This document shows, one piece after another, positions 32,174 through 41,663 of a stretch of DNA of 64,000 nucleotides (the first letter of the stretch is position 1; each line of letters begins with the position of its first letter). Origin of the DNA: Dysgonamonadaceae bacterium. Its GTDB lineage: Bacteria; Bacteroidota; Bacteroidia; Bacteroidales; Dysgonomonadaceae. Both the position numbers and the translations under genes were made by a program. Below the pieces are notes generated by a model that saw only the letters and a program-made list of their open reading frames with translations, did not search any database and had not been told where the DNA came from. The stretch lies in contig JAQVZQ010000001.1 of NCBI GenBank assembly GCA_028708095.1, positions 1,272-65,271 of the forward strand, in the 5' to 3' direction.

Positions 32174-32353
32174 ACCCAAGGTTACAGCTTATGTACTTGT
32201 ATTTCAGTGCGGTGACAGCTAATACAGCTATATTTAAAGTAACGCACGAGAAAGTATAATAGTGTAATAGTAATATAAATATACAATACCTAATTTAGCC
32301 GTTTTAGCTGTCACCCACCTGACTATCAGCAAATTTAGCTGTAACCTTGGGTG
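32174..32353. repeat. Nested perfect inverted repeats (oriT- or inverton-like)
   Basis: CACCCAAGGTTACAGCT (32174-32190) pairs with AGCTGTAACCTTGGGTG (32337-32353). The inner pair is GGTGACAGCTAA / TTAGCTGTCACC. Confidence 0.85.
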
Positions 32354-32712
32354 TCACCAGCTGTAACCAGCCGTCACTTTAACCGTAACGGTTGTAACCA
32401 CCCCCCCAATCTTCATCAAATTGATGACCCCCCTAATCTATGAAAAATGAAATCCCCCCCCACAAATGGAGGGATTTTCTTTTTCTATCCGTCCACCAGA
32501 TATTACAACTATATTATTTGTGTTTTTTCTTGAAAACAGACCGATTTTCATGCTGAAATAGTTGTATATTTCAATTGCTTTTCCTATCTTTATACGGTGT
32601 TATAGAAAGGATTAGCGGTCATTTAGTGACAAAGCAAACCACCGTTAATTTTGCGCTCTTTGAAATGTGAAATCTATGTTAACCCGACATAAATATATAA
32701 GAAAACTAGGAG

Positions 32713-33077
32713 AAAACATTTCTTACGCAAAAGAAACGGCGATCGCCCGGCGAAAATTGAATCTTACGCGTAAGAAATGTTTTGCAAAAGAAAAATGAGG
32801 CTTTTTTGCCCAAAAAAGAGAGAAAAGAAGGATGAATGGACGAAATTTTGCTGAGAATTGAAAAAACTACAGAAAAACAGTGCACTCGATGCCGAAAAAA
32901 GAAACTTAGACTGGCGACTGTCGAATAAAACGTGGGGAATGGCACGTATGACACAAGAACATGCCTTTGTTCACGTAGGAAATGAGTTTAGACGGTCTTT
33001 CATCACTTCTTACGCAAACAAAACGATTTTCGCCGTGCCATCTTCATTTCCTACGCGTAGGAAATGTTTTGCAAAAC
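32713..33077. repeat. Pair of palindromic modules of about 70 bp (TTTCYTACGCGTARGAAATGTTTTGCAAAA) flanking about 215 bp
   Basis: There is a 16-bp stem between 32711-32726 and 32768-32783, and a perfect 22-bp palindrome CATTTCCTACGCGTAGGAAATG near 33046-33067. Confidence 0.8.
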
Positions 33078-33235
33078 TTTATTGTTAGTAAAATTAGACC
33101 AATAACTAAATATGCTCTTTGTAAATAATTATTATTAATTCCGTACTAAAAGGTATGCCTTCGCAAAGGGCTATCAATTTTGACAAAACAAAAAAAGAAA
33201 GTCATACCGGATAGTACACAATTTTATCTAGTATC

Positions 33236-33379
33236 ATGATTACACAAGTAATTAAAATCAAGCGAGTACCTTACTCTCGACTGATGAAATCGGAAATGGC
33301 AGACTATGCTGAAAAGACAATTGGCATAGTGGACAAGCACGAACCAGATTCGGCTCTGTTTTTAAGAATTGAAAATTGA
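33236..33379 (+). pseudogene. N-terminal fragment (47 codons) paralogous to the 51162..51953 protein family
   Basis: MITQVIKIKRVPYSRLMKSEMADYAEKTIGIVDKHEPDSA has the same N-terminal pattern as QEISLSKLLKLELPQFVKKVTNCIEEHNPEA. Confidence 0.35.
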
Positions 33380-33533
33380 AAATGTGTGTCTTGCGATTGG
33401 ACAATAATAGCAGAGAGTTTATTCATCTGTGATAATTATGAGAAGCCTCTATATTATACCAGAAACGCCCTCTACGGGCGTCTCTTTACAATCATCTTCA
33501 GCATCTATTTGTATTACATCATCAATATATCTC

Positions 33534-34175
33534 TTAATGTTGATGAGCTCCAGGTCCATTATCAATAATTTCATGAATTCCTTCCAATGTATGCGTATAA
33601 TCGACATAAGCATCAACATATTCTCTTCCTTTTTCTATGGATTGATCTTTAACCAAATTCAGCTCTGCTACTTTTTTGTACTTTTCACGCACAACCTTCT
33701 CGATGTGAGCAATAAATTTTGAAGCCAAGTTGTCAATGTCTTTGTCTTCTATTGACTTATCTGCCATAACAACGATTGGGGATGCACTTCCAGCAGGTTT
33801 TAATCCAGTATAACCCACTCCTTCTGTTGCACGGTGCAACCTAACCAATGTTTCAAGAAAATGCTTTTCTACAATTGCATAAATCTCAGTATCACCATTT
33901 TTCAATTCATATGTTTTATTGAACAACTTGGTAATCTCTGGTTCATCTGTTGCATCTACCCATTTTAGCACCAAGTCCACGTTGTTTAGTGCCAGGGCTT
34001 GTTGAGCTTCTTTTATTACTGGTCCGTCATACGAATCGCAATGTGCAAAAGCACTTAGTGTATTCATTAATAACAACGCAAACAGCGCTAATGTAACTAA
34101 TTTTGCTTTGATAAACTTTGTTTTCTTACTGTCTTTATTAAGGCTTTGTTGTGATAATCTACTTATTAATTTCAT
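33534..34175 (-). CDS. Secreted DUF6448-like protein
   Basis: Signal peptide followed by AHCDSYDGPV, the hallmark I recall for DUF6448. Confidence 0.55.
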   Translation of the reverse strand: MKLISRLSQQSLNKDSKKTKFIKAKLVTLALFALLLMNTLSAFAHCDSYDGPVIKEAQQALALNNVDLVLKWVDATDEPEITKLFNKTYELKNGDTEIYAIVEKHFLETLVRLHRATEGVGYTGLKPAGSASPIVVMADKSIEDKDIDNLASKFIAHIEKVVREKYKKVAELNLVKDQSIEKGREYVDAYVDYTHTLEGIHEIIDNGPGAHQH

Positions 34176-34218
34176 AATGTTTAATGTTTTAGTGGTTAAT
34201 GATTAATGATAATTTCTA

Positions 34219-34566
34219 TTATTTATTCTTGTCAAACTCTTTCAGCATTTCATAGGCTTTTGCCCCAAATACAACAGAGGGTCCTCCTCCCATATATATA
34301 GCTGTGCCGATTGTTTCAACAAGTTCATCTGTAGAAGCATCATTTTGCAACGCTTCAGTGGTATGCATGGCAATGCAACCATCACACTTTACACTTATTG
34401 AAATGCCAAGTGCAATCAATGCTTTGTGTTTTGTTGATAATGCGCCCGATTGTGTGCCTATACGGTGCACGTTAGAAAATGCTTCCATTAATTCAGGATT
34501 TGCTTCTCCGTAGCTTCCTATTCTTTGCAGTGTTTCTTCTAAAAACTCTTTGTTTTTGTTCTTCAT
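34219..34566 (-). CDS. Carboxymuconolactone decarboxylase/AhpD-like family protein
   Basis: 115 aa with a CDGC redox motif in an all-helical context. Confidence 0.75.
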   Translation of the reverse strand: MKNKNKEFLEETLQRIGSYGEANPELMEAFSNVHRIGTQSGALSTKHKALIALGISISVKCDGCIAMHTTEALQNDASTDELVETIGTAIYMGGGPSVVFGAKAYEMLKEFDKNK

Positions 34567-34734
34567 AATTTAATTGTTCCTTTAATAATATGTTTGAGAA
34601 TGATTTCAAGAGCAAAAGTAATGTATAGACACAGGTTAATCGCCTCATATTATAAAGTGAGACGTGTAAAAACCCTTATACAAGGAGTACTTTATAAGAT
34701 AGGACTTGAATAAGTGTAAACAGCATACAGCATA

Positions 34735-35868
34735 TTATTTGTCTGCTACTGTCGATTTAAACTGAGATGGGGTTTGGTTGGTAAACTTCTTAAATATTCG
34801 GTTGAAAGATGACTTAGAGTTGAATCCCGAATCAAGAGCAATTCCAAGCAAGGAGTAGTTTTCAAATTTAGGGTTATGGATGCGTGATTTTACTTCCTCA
34901 ACTCTGAATTGATTAATATATTCAAAGAAGTTGAGCTTGAACTGCTCATTTATGATTTGCGATAAATGATGTGTAGTAATATCTATATCAGATGCGAGTT
35001 GAGTCAATGTTAATTCAGGATTTAAATATGGTTTTTTTAATCGCATATACTCGATCAACTTTTCGACATACACAGAGGCTTCATCTTCTTTTAAAGTTGA
35101 ACCTGAATATTTTAATTTCTCTTCTTCAAAAACGGGTGATTGTTCTAATTCATTCTCGAAAATAACTTTTTGTTTTAATCCAAAGTAACCAATTAGAATA
35201 ACAAATATGGACAAAGCTAAGAATAAACTGTCCGTGCAAAAAACCATCGAAAACAGATTAAATACATGATGTATGACAGTGATAATAATTAGTATGGTCC
35301 AAATGATTCCAAAAATAATGACCAGTTTACGCAACCACTCAAGGTTAATTGTTTCGATTGATGAAAAATTATTAAACACATTGATGTCGTGCTTCTGAAA
35401 TAGTTTCAGCGTCAGCACAAAGTAAAAAGGTCCTGATAGCAATGTAATAATCAAGAAAAGCTGAAATAGCAATGGATGATGCATATTGGTGTGTACGTTC
35501 TCCAATCTTATCTCATTGGCAACATCGGGAAAAAAAGATGCCCCAAGAAGATAAAGATTAAAGGCTGCAAAGGGAAGTAGATGCAAAAGGTTTTTTTTAT
35601 TAAATCTCTTCCGTTTTGATACCAGCTTTGAGGCATATAGATAAAGAAAGATCCCCAACAACATAAAAAGCGAAATGAAACTGGCAGAAAGTAAATTAAA
35701 TTGTGTAAACAGCTCGTGAGAATACAACGAATAGCTACCAATGAATAAACCAAGATAGACTAACCAAACAATAAGTATATTGTCGTGAATCATTCTTTTT
35801 TTCTTTTGAAAGAGCAAAAGAGTGAAAAAGAATGCATTAAAAACTGCTATGTAAAAAAAATACTTCAT
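34735..35868 (-). CDS. Membrane-anchored AraC-family transcriptional regulator
   Basis: Multi-TM N-terminal half plus a C-terminal AraC HTH (LTQLASDIDITTHHLSQ..GFNSKSSFNRIFKKFT). Confidence 0.8.
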   Translation of the reverse strand: MKYFFYIAVFNAFFFTLLLFQKKKRMIHDNILIVWLVYLGLFIGSYSLYSHELFTQFNLLSASFISLFMLLGIFLYLYASKLVSKRKRFNKKNLLHLLPFAAFNLYLLGASFFPDVANEIRLENVHTNMHHPLLFQLFLIITLLSGPFYFVLTLKLFQKHDINVFNNFSSIETINLEWLRKLVIIFGIIWTILIIITVIHHVFNLFSMVFCTDSLFLALSIFVILIGYFGLKQKVIFENELEQSPVFEEEKLKYSGSTLKEDEASVYVEKLIEYMRLKKPYLNPELTLTQLASDIDITTHHLSQIINEQFKLNFFEYINQFRVEEVKSRIHNPKFENYSLLGIALDSGFNSKSSFNRIFKKFTNQTPSQFKSTVADK

Positions 35869-36094
35869 GAGTAAACTTCAAGAATTATGTGTGAATCTGA
35901 ACTCTTTTGTAAATATATTATTTTTATTCTTTCTTTGGATAAAATTAGATTGTTTTTTATTGTTTTGAGGTCACTTTCAGAAATGCCTCTTAAAGTATTT
36001 CGTTTAATGATGTGATTTTTGAATTATGAGTTGAAATGTAAGTAGTATTTTAGATTAAGTACCATAAGTTCTATTATAACCCTCCTGCTTTACT

Positions 36095-37624
36095 TCACAC
36101 TTTATCCAATGGTAGCTTATACGTTGGATCTTCCAATACATTCACCTGAATAATCTTATCTGCATTTTTCAATAGTCTTTGACAATCTTTACTAAGGTGT
36201 TTTAATTGCACTTTCTTACCTACTTTCAGATAGCGTTCAGTTAATTTATTAAGCGCTTCAATGGCTGACATATCCACTACGCGGCTCTCTTTAAAATCGA
36301 TTACCACTTCATCAGGATCGTTCAGCACATCAAATTTCTCATTGAATGCAGTAACTGAACCAAAGAAAAGTGGCCCATATATTTCGTAGTGTTTCACACC
36401 CTTCTCGTCAATTCGTTTTCTTGCTCGGATTCGTTTTGCATTGTCCCAAGCAAAAACGAGTGCTGAAATGATTACCCCTACAAATACCGCTAATGCTAAA
36501 TTGCCTAATATAACTGTTACAAGCGTAACTGCTATTATTACAAACACGTCCGACTTGGGCATTCTGTTGAATGTGCGCAGGCTGGCCCACTCAAAAGTAC
36601 CAATTGCTACCATTATCATCACTCCAGTGAGAGCAGCCATAGGTAGTTGCTCTATCACTCCTGAACCAAACATCACAAATATCAATAAAGCCAATGCAGC
36701 TACAATTCCTGATAGGCGTGCTCTTGCACCTGATGATATATTAATCAAACTCTGCCCAATCATTGCACAACCACCCATCCCTGAAAAAACGCCCGAAAGC
36801 ATATTGGCTACTCCTTGCGCCACAGCTTCTTTATTACTATTTCCACGGGTTTCCGTCATTTCATCAACAATGTTGAGTGTCAGTAAGCTTTCAATCAGTC
36901 CTACTGCTGCCATAATGCCTGCGTAAGGAAAGATGATTTTCAATGTTTCAAAGGAAAATGGAACATTCGGCAAATGGAAAGGAGGAAAACCACCTTGAAT
37001 AGAGGCAATGTCTCCCACTGTGTGGGTGTTAATGCCAAAGGCTATTACTAATCCGAACACTGTGAGAATTGCAACAAGCGATGCAGGAATTACTTTGGTT
37101 ATTTTGGGCAATCCCCAAATAATAAGCATTGTTAGGAGAACCAATCCAAGAAGCACATAGAGCGGTGTACCTGTTAACCAACTGCCCGAAGGGTCTTTAA
37201 ATTGGTCGAGTTGTGCCATGAAAATGATTATTGCTAATCCGTTCACAAAACCAAATATAACAGGTTGTGGTACAAGTCGCATAAGTTTCCCTAACTTTAG
37301 TACACCTGCTAATATTTGAATTATTCCTGCCAACACTACTGTTGCAAATACATACTCCACACCATGCGAAATAGCCAGTGCTACAATCACAACAGCCACT
37401 GCTCCTGTTGCACCCGATATCATGCCAGGTCGTCCTCCAAGAATGGATGTAACAAATCCCATCACAATAGCTGCGTAGAGTCCTGTTAAGGGTGAAAGTC
37501 CTGCAATTAGGGCAAATGCTATTGCCTCAGGAACTAATGCAAGAGCAACTGTGAGACCCGAGAGTATCTCGGTTCTATAATTGATTTTATCTTTGAAATT
37601 GAATATATTGAAAATTTTTTCCAT
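36095..37624 (-). CDS. SulP-family anion transporter with C-terminal STAS domain
   Basis: 509 aa, polytopic core, STAS tail. Confidence 0.88.
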   Translation of the reverse strand: MEKIFNIFNFKDKINYRTEILSGLTVALALVPEAIAFALIAGLSPLTGLYAAIVMGFVTSILGGRPGMISGATGAVAVVIVALAISHGVEYVFATVVLAGIIQILAGVLKLGKLMRLVPQPVIFGFVNGLAIIIFMAQLDQFKDPSGSWLTGTPLYVLLGLVLLTMLIIWGLPKITKVIPASLVAILTVFGLVIAFGINTHTVGDIASIQGGFPPFHLPNVPFSFETLKIIFPYAGIMAAVGLIESLLTLNIVDEMTETRGNSNKEAVAQGVANMLSGVFSGMGGCAMIGQSLINISSGARARLSGIVAALALLIFVMFGSGVIEQLPMAALTGVMIMVAIGTFEWASLRTFNRMPKSDVFVIIAVTLVTVILGNLALAVFVGVIISALVFAWDNAKRIRARKRIDEKGVKHYEIYGPLFFGSVTAFNEKFDVLNDPDEVVIDFKESRVVDMSAIEALNKLTERYLKVGKKVQLKHLSKDCQRLLKNADKIIQVNVLEDPTYKLPLDKV

Positions 37625-38060
37625 TTTTTATTTTATTAAGTCAGTTGCTGAAAAGTACTTGATTATAAGCGACCTATTAATATGTAGTTTGATAACCTAT
37701 TGCTTACTTGTCGTTCTGAAAAGCAATGTTTGTGTTGACTTGATCTGTGAGTGTGGAATCAACTAACGATTGATTTATATACTTTTACCGTTATTTTTTT
37801 GAATTTGCAAAAATAGGACTATTAACTGACATTTGGAAATAAAGCAACTGAGATGTAGAATAAACAAGTTGCTAATTCCAATAATCGACTTGCTTTAAGC
37901 ATATCAGTCAATATTGACATTCCCCTTTAATTACAATGCAATTTCAAACATAACAATCTATTATCTATGCCTAAAATAAGAATAGTCGCCCTACCCTATT
38001 TTATTTATATGCTTAAATTTTACTACCTTTGCACACTCAAAAATAAAAAAGGTATATAAA

Positions 38061-39164
38061 ATGGCATTACAATGCGGTATTGTTGGGCTTCCTAATGTGG
38101 GGAAGTCTACACTTTTCAACTGTTTATCGAACGCAAAAGCACAAGCAGCTAACTTTGCATTTTGCACCATCGAACCCAATATTGGAGTAATTACTGTTCC
38201 CGACGAAAGAATAAATAAATTATCTGAAATAGCTAAACCACAACGTGTTCAGCCCACCACAGTAGAAATTGTGGACATTGCGGGTTTAGTGAAAGGTGCA
38301 AGCAAAGGAGAAGGATTGGGAAATAAGTTTCTTGCCAATATTCGCGAAACTGATGCTGTATTACACGTGTTGCGTTGCTTCGACGATGAAAACGTAACGC
38401 ACGTCGATGGAAGTATAAATCCTGTAAGAGATAAGGAGATTATTGATATAGAGTTGCAATTGAAAGACCTCGAAACAATAGAGTCGCGAATTGATCGTGT
38501 CGAAAAAATTGCACGAACTGCAAAAGACAAAGATGCACAACGAGAGTTCGAGATTTATTCAAAACTTCGCAATGCCTTGTTAGAAGGGAAGTCTGCTCGT
38601 AGTGTAGTGTTTGACAACAAAGATGACCTAAAAATATCGAATGAGTTGTATCTGCTAACATCAAAGCCAGTAATGTATGTTTGCAATGTCGACGAGGAGA
38701 GTGCTGTTAGTGGGAATAAATATGTTGAGCTGGTGAAAGAAGCAGTGAAAAATGAAAATGCACAAGTCATTGTTGTTGCTGCAAAAATAGAGTCTGAGAT
38801 TGCTGAATTTGAAACATTTGAAGAACGCGAAGAGTTTCTTGCAGAAGTTGGATTAAAGGAATCAGGGGTTAACCGTCTTATTAAATCAGCTTACCGCTTG
38901 TTAAATCTGAAAACATACTTTACAGTTGGGCCACTTGAAGTGCGTGCATGGACTTTTGAGGATGGCTGGAAAGCCCCTCAATGTGCAGGAGTAATTCACA
39001 CCGATTTCGAGAAAGGATTTATTCGTGCTGAAGTGATAAAATATGAGGATTTTATTAGCTATGGTTCAGAAAACGCTTGTAAAGAAGCTGGAAAGATGAG
39101 TGTTGAGGGCAAGGAATATGTTGTGCAGGATGGGGATATAATGCATTTTAGGTTTAATGTATAG
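38061..39164 (+). CDS. ychF: Ribosome-binding ATPase YchF
   Basis: GIVGLPNVGKSTLFN, DIAGLV, C-terminal TGS-like end ..GDIMHFRFNV. Confidence 0.95.
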   Translation: MALQCGIVGLPNVGKSTLFNCLSNAKAQAANFAFCTIEPNIGVITVPDERINKLSEIAKPQRVQPTTVEIVDIAGLVKGASKGEGLGNKFLANIRETDAVLHVLRCFDDENVTHVDGSINPVRDKEIIDIELQLKDLETIESRIDRVEKIARTAKDKDAQREFEIYSKLRNALLEGKSARSVVFDNKDDLKISNELYLLTSKPVMYVCNVDEESAVSGNKYVELVKEAVKNENAQVIVVAAKIESEIAEFETFEEREEFLAEVGLKESGVNRLIKSAYRLLNLKTYFTVGPLEVRAWTFEDGWKAPQCAGVIHTDFEKGFIRAEVIKYEDFISYGSENACKEAGKMSVEGKEYVVQDGDIMHFRFNV

Positions 39165-39310
39165 AGGATTGTTGCATATAACGAATGTTGTACCTTAAAA
39201 TACGTTGACGCAGGAAATGAATGATTAACCCTTGACTGACTCAGGAAGTAATTTTATAACCCCACATTATTCAACACATTATTTATAATATGTGTTATAA
39301 CAGAAAACAT

Positions 39311-39338
39311 AAAGACGTCGATTTATTGCGTCTTTTTT
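39311..39338 (+). terminator. Intrinsic terminator-like hairpin downstream of ychF
   Basis: AAAGACG-N11-CGTCTTT followed by a T run. Confidence 0.55.
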
Positions 39339-39690
39339 ATTTCATCCTCTGAATTCCGTTTAGGAAGATAGGGACAAAATCGACTCATTCATAGAATCTT
39401 GAACTCATACAAGAGTTGTCCTAATAGCTTACACCCTACTCTACTCTTTAGATATCTTGACCAAAAGAATGAACATGAAGTTTTATTAAAAATACTCCTG
39501 TAAATTTAAAACATTTATACATATTTAGTGTTTATATATATAACGAAATGGATTGTACTTTATTTCATCGCTTTTCTTTTTTAAAAAACTTATGAATGAT
39601 CTAAAGCAACAAAAACACAATGAGAATAAAAACCGAGTGGTTTGTTATCCTTAAAGAAAGAATAAAAGTTGAACCTCAATTTCTTATAGT

Positions 39691-40836
39691 ATGAACTTGT
39701 TAAGTAAAGCACTTGAGTCGAATTTTAATCTATCTAAAATAGGGGCTTATGTTAAACGACATTTTAACTATAGAGTACTGAAGACAATGTGTCACCTTGG
39801 TTTCTATGTTGATAATTTGCCAAGCGCAGAATCTTTTTACTTAAAAACAAGAAACTATCCTTTAGCTATAAAAGAAGATGAGTTGAGAAAAATAACCATA
39901 TTCTTGAGAAAAGCCAATAACCGTAAGCTATATGGTCAAATATTACAGAAGTTTGTACCACAAATGGATATGAAATTTTCACACACTCAATTTACTGGCT
40001 CTGGCTCTGGTGCATATAATTTGAACGCTTTTCGAAAAGTGATAAATAATGATGAAGTTTTTTTTGAAAAAGCTCACTTTAACAGCTCTATTGAAATTGT
40101 TAGACTGAATTGGTTTTATGATAATATCTTCGCTTCGATGAAAGATAATAATAATATCAAAGCACCCGCTTTATGCTGTTCATTTGAAGGAGAGCTGATA
40201 ACTATATTTTATTTTAATTTTGTTGAGTTGGTTTCATCAGCAGAAAAAGAGGTTGGAGCAATTGTTTTCAATTTGTCGAGAGAACTTTACAAATTATCAC
40301 AACTCCCTGATGTAAAAGATAAGATTACCGAAGCCCCTATCTTTTTGAGAGATTATAAAATATATTTTGAATATGAAAGGAAGATTGAAGAAGCAGAAAA
40401 AAGAGCATCTGAATTATTAGGTGATAGCTTCCACTTGAAAGACATTGAAAATAAGATAAGTGAAAGTCCCTATATATTAACTCATGGAGACATACACAGA
40501 GGCAATGTGTTTGCAGACAACTACTTGATAGATTGGGATACATTTGGTATATATCCTATAGGATTAGAGGTGGCATATATCCTTTTATTTTTGAAAAAGT
40601 GCAAATTAAGTTATCAGGATTTAAACGATATACTGGATAGAGAATATCGAACTACCATATTAGAAGAGCAATGGGATAGTTTTGAACTAAACTGCTTATA
40701 CTTCTACTATGTGTTTACAATTCATTCTTCAACTGAAATAGGGTCAAGTGAAATACAAACCGATATTTTGAATAGAATAGTAGTGCTAAATAATAAGAAA
40801 ACGGTTGAGCTCTCCTCTACTCCACTTCATAATTAA
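39691..40836 (+). CDS. Phosphotransferase (APH/choline-kinase-like) family protein
   Basis: Catalytic loop THGDIHRGNVF and YLIDWD metal-binding motif. The rest of the protein is not recognisable. Confidence 0.65.
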   Translation: MNLLSKALESNFNLSKIGAYVKRHFNYRVLKTMCHLGFYVDNLPSAESFYLKTRNYPLAIKEDELRKITIFLRKANNRKLYGQILQKFVPQMDMKFSHTQFTGSGSGAYNLNAFRKVINNDEVFFEKAHFNSSIEIVRLNWFYDNIFASMKDNNNIKAPALCCSFEGELITIFYFNFVELVSSAEKEVGAIVFNLSRELYKLSQLPDVKDKITEAPIFLRDYKIYFEYERKIEEAEKRASELLGDSFHLKDIENKISESPYILTHGDIHRGNVFADNYLIDWDTFGIYPIGLEVAYILLFLKKCKLSYQDLNDILDREYRTTILEEQWDSFELNCLYFYYVFTIHSSTEIGSSEIQTDILNRIVVLNNKKTVELSSTPLHN

Positions 40837-40837
40837 A

Positions 40838-41509
40838 TCACAACACCTTCTTCAATTCATCCCTCTTCAACACAGTCACCTCTCGTTTATCAATTGCAAT
40901 AATCTCTTGTTCTACCAATTCGGCAATTGTACGTGCTAAAGATGGACGTTGAACACCAAAATATTCAGCTAATTGTGTTCGGTTTCTTTTCAATACAAAA
41001 CTTCGGTTTTCTTCAGTGGTGTTTTCCAGAAGATACAAAGAGAGTTTCCCCTTGATACTCTTGATGGATATCATTTGTAGTTTTTGAGACATAAACACAA
41101 TCATGTTTGAGTTCAATTTCAAAAAGTTTTTCAATAACACTTCGTTACCCATCATTTCGCTCAACCACTCTTGTGTGGGTATCAAAAGAAAATGACACTC
41201 CTCAATGGTAATCACATCAACAGGAAATCTGTTATAATGAGCAAACATAAAAGCGGGTGCTAATGGTCTCACAGCATCAATGAATTCTATTTCGAGTGAA
41301 TTACCTTCTTGCGTTATCATTCCTGTTCGCACAACTCCTTTCACTAACAAGTGCATGTGACGTATCTCATCGTCTTGTCGGACAACATATTGCCCTTTCT
41401 CAATCACCTTTTTATTGCTTATGAATCGCATTAAAAAAGCCTGCTGCTCTTCAGGGTCTATTCCTTTAAATAGGGGACAGGAGGATATGTCGTACTCTTG
41501 CATGTTCAT
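40838..41509 (-). CDS. Crp/Fnr-family regulator (HcpR-like by context)
   Basis: cNMP-binding-type beta-roll plus a C-terminal HTH (RTQLAEYFGVQRPSLARTIAEL). It is divergent from hcp. Confidence 0.8.
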   Translation of the reverse strand: MNMQEYDISSCPLFKGIDPEEQQAFLMRFISNKKVIEKGQYVVRQDDEIRHMHLLVKGVVRTGMITQEGNSLEIEFIDAVRPLAPAFMFAHYNRFPVDVITIEECHFLLIPTQEWLSEMMGNEVLLKNFLKLNSNMIVFMSQKLQMISIKSIKGKLSLYLLENTTEENRSFVLKRNRTQLAEYFGVQRPSLARTIAELVEQEIIAIDKREVTVLKRDELKKVL

Positions 41510-41574
41510 TTGTTTTGCTTAAAGATAGATAAGAAATTTAGCTCATACGATAAAATATTTGTTAAATATCCAAA

Positions 41575-41590
41575 GTGTAACTTTGGTTAC
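41575..41590. promoter_or_regulatory. Candidate HcpR/FNR-type operator TGTAAC-N4-GTTACA upstream of hcp
   Basis: Perfect 6-4-6 palindrome about 22 bp upstream of a TACCTTTG -7 box (41612-41619). Confidence 0.6.
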
Positions 41591-41663
41591 ATCTTATGAG
41601 GGTTGTATGTTATACCTTTGCGCTAAAATAAATCACGAATTAAATCTCAAATAAGATAATGAT

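Larger units (their letters stand above)
27711..33400. mobile_element. Decayed tRNA-Arg-linked genomic island (remnant of an integrative/mobilizable element; no integrase left)
   Basis: It starts at the tRNA 3' end and holds an R-M pair, secreted accessory proteins, a truncated primase-helicase gene, oriT-like inverted repeats and gene fragments. The right border is approximate. Confidence 0.6.

Noticed and set aside
32858-33088. A 76-aa ORF between the palindromic modules, and the antisense ORF at 32706..32954
   Set aside because: Both run through the palindromes, have unusual composition and show no family resemblance. The region is better explained as noncoding.
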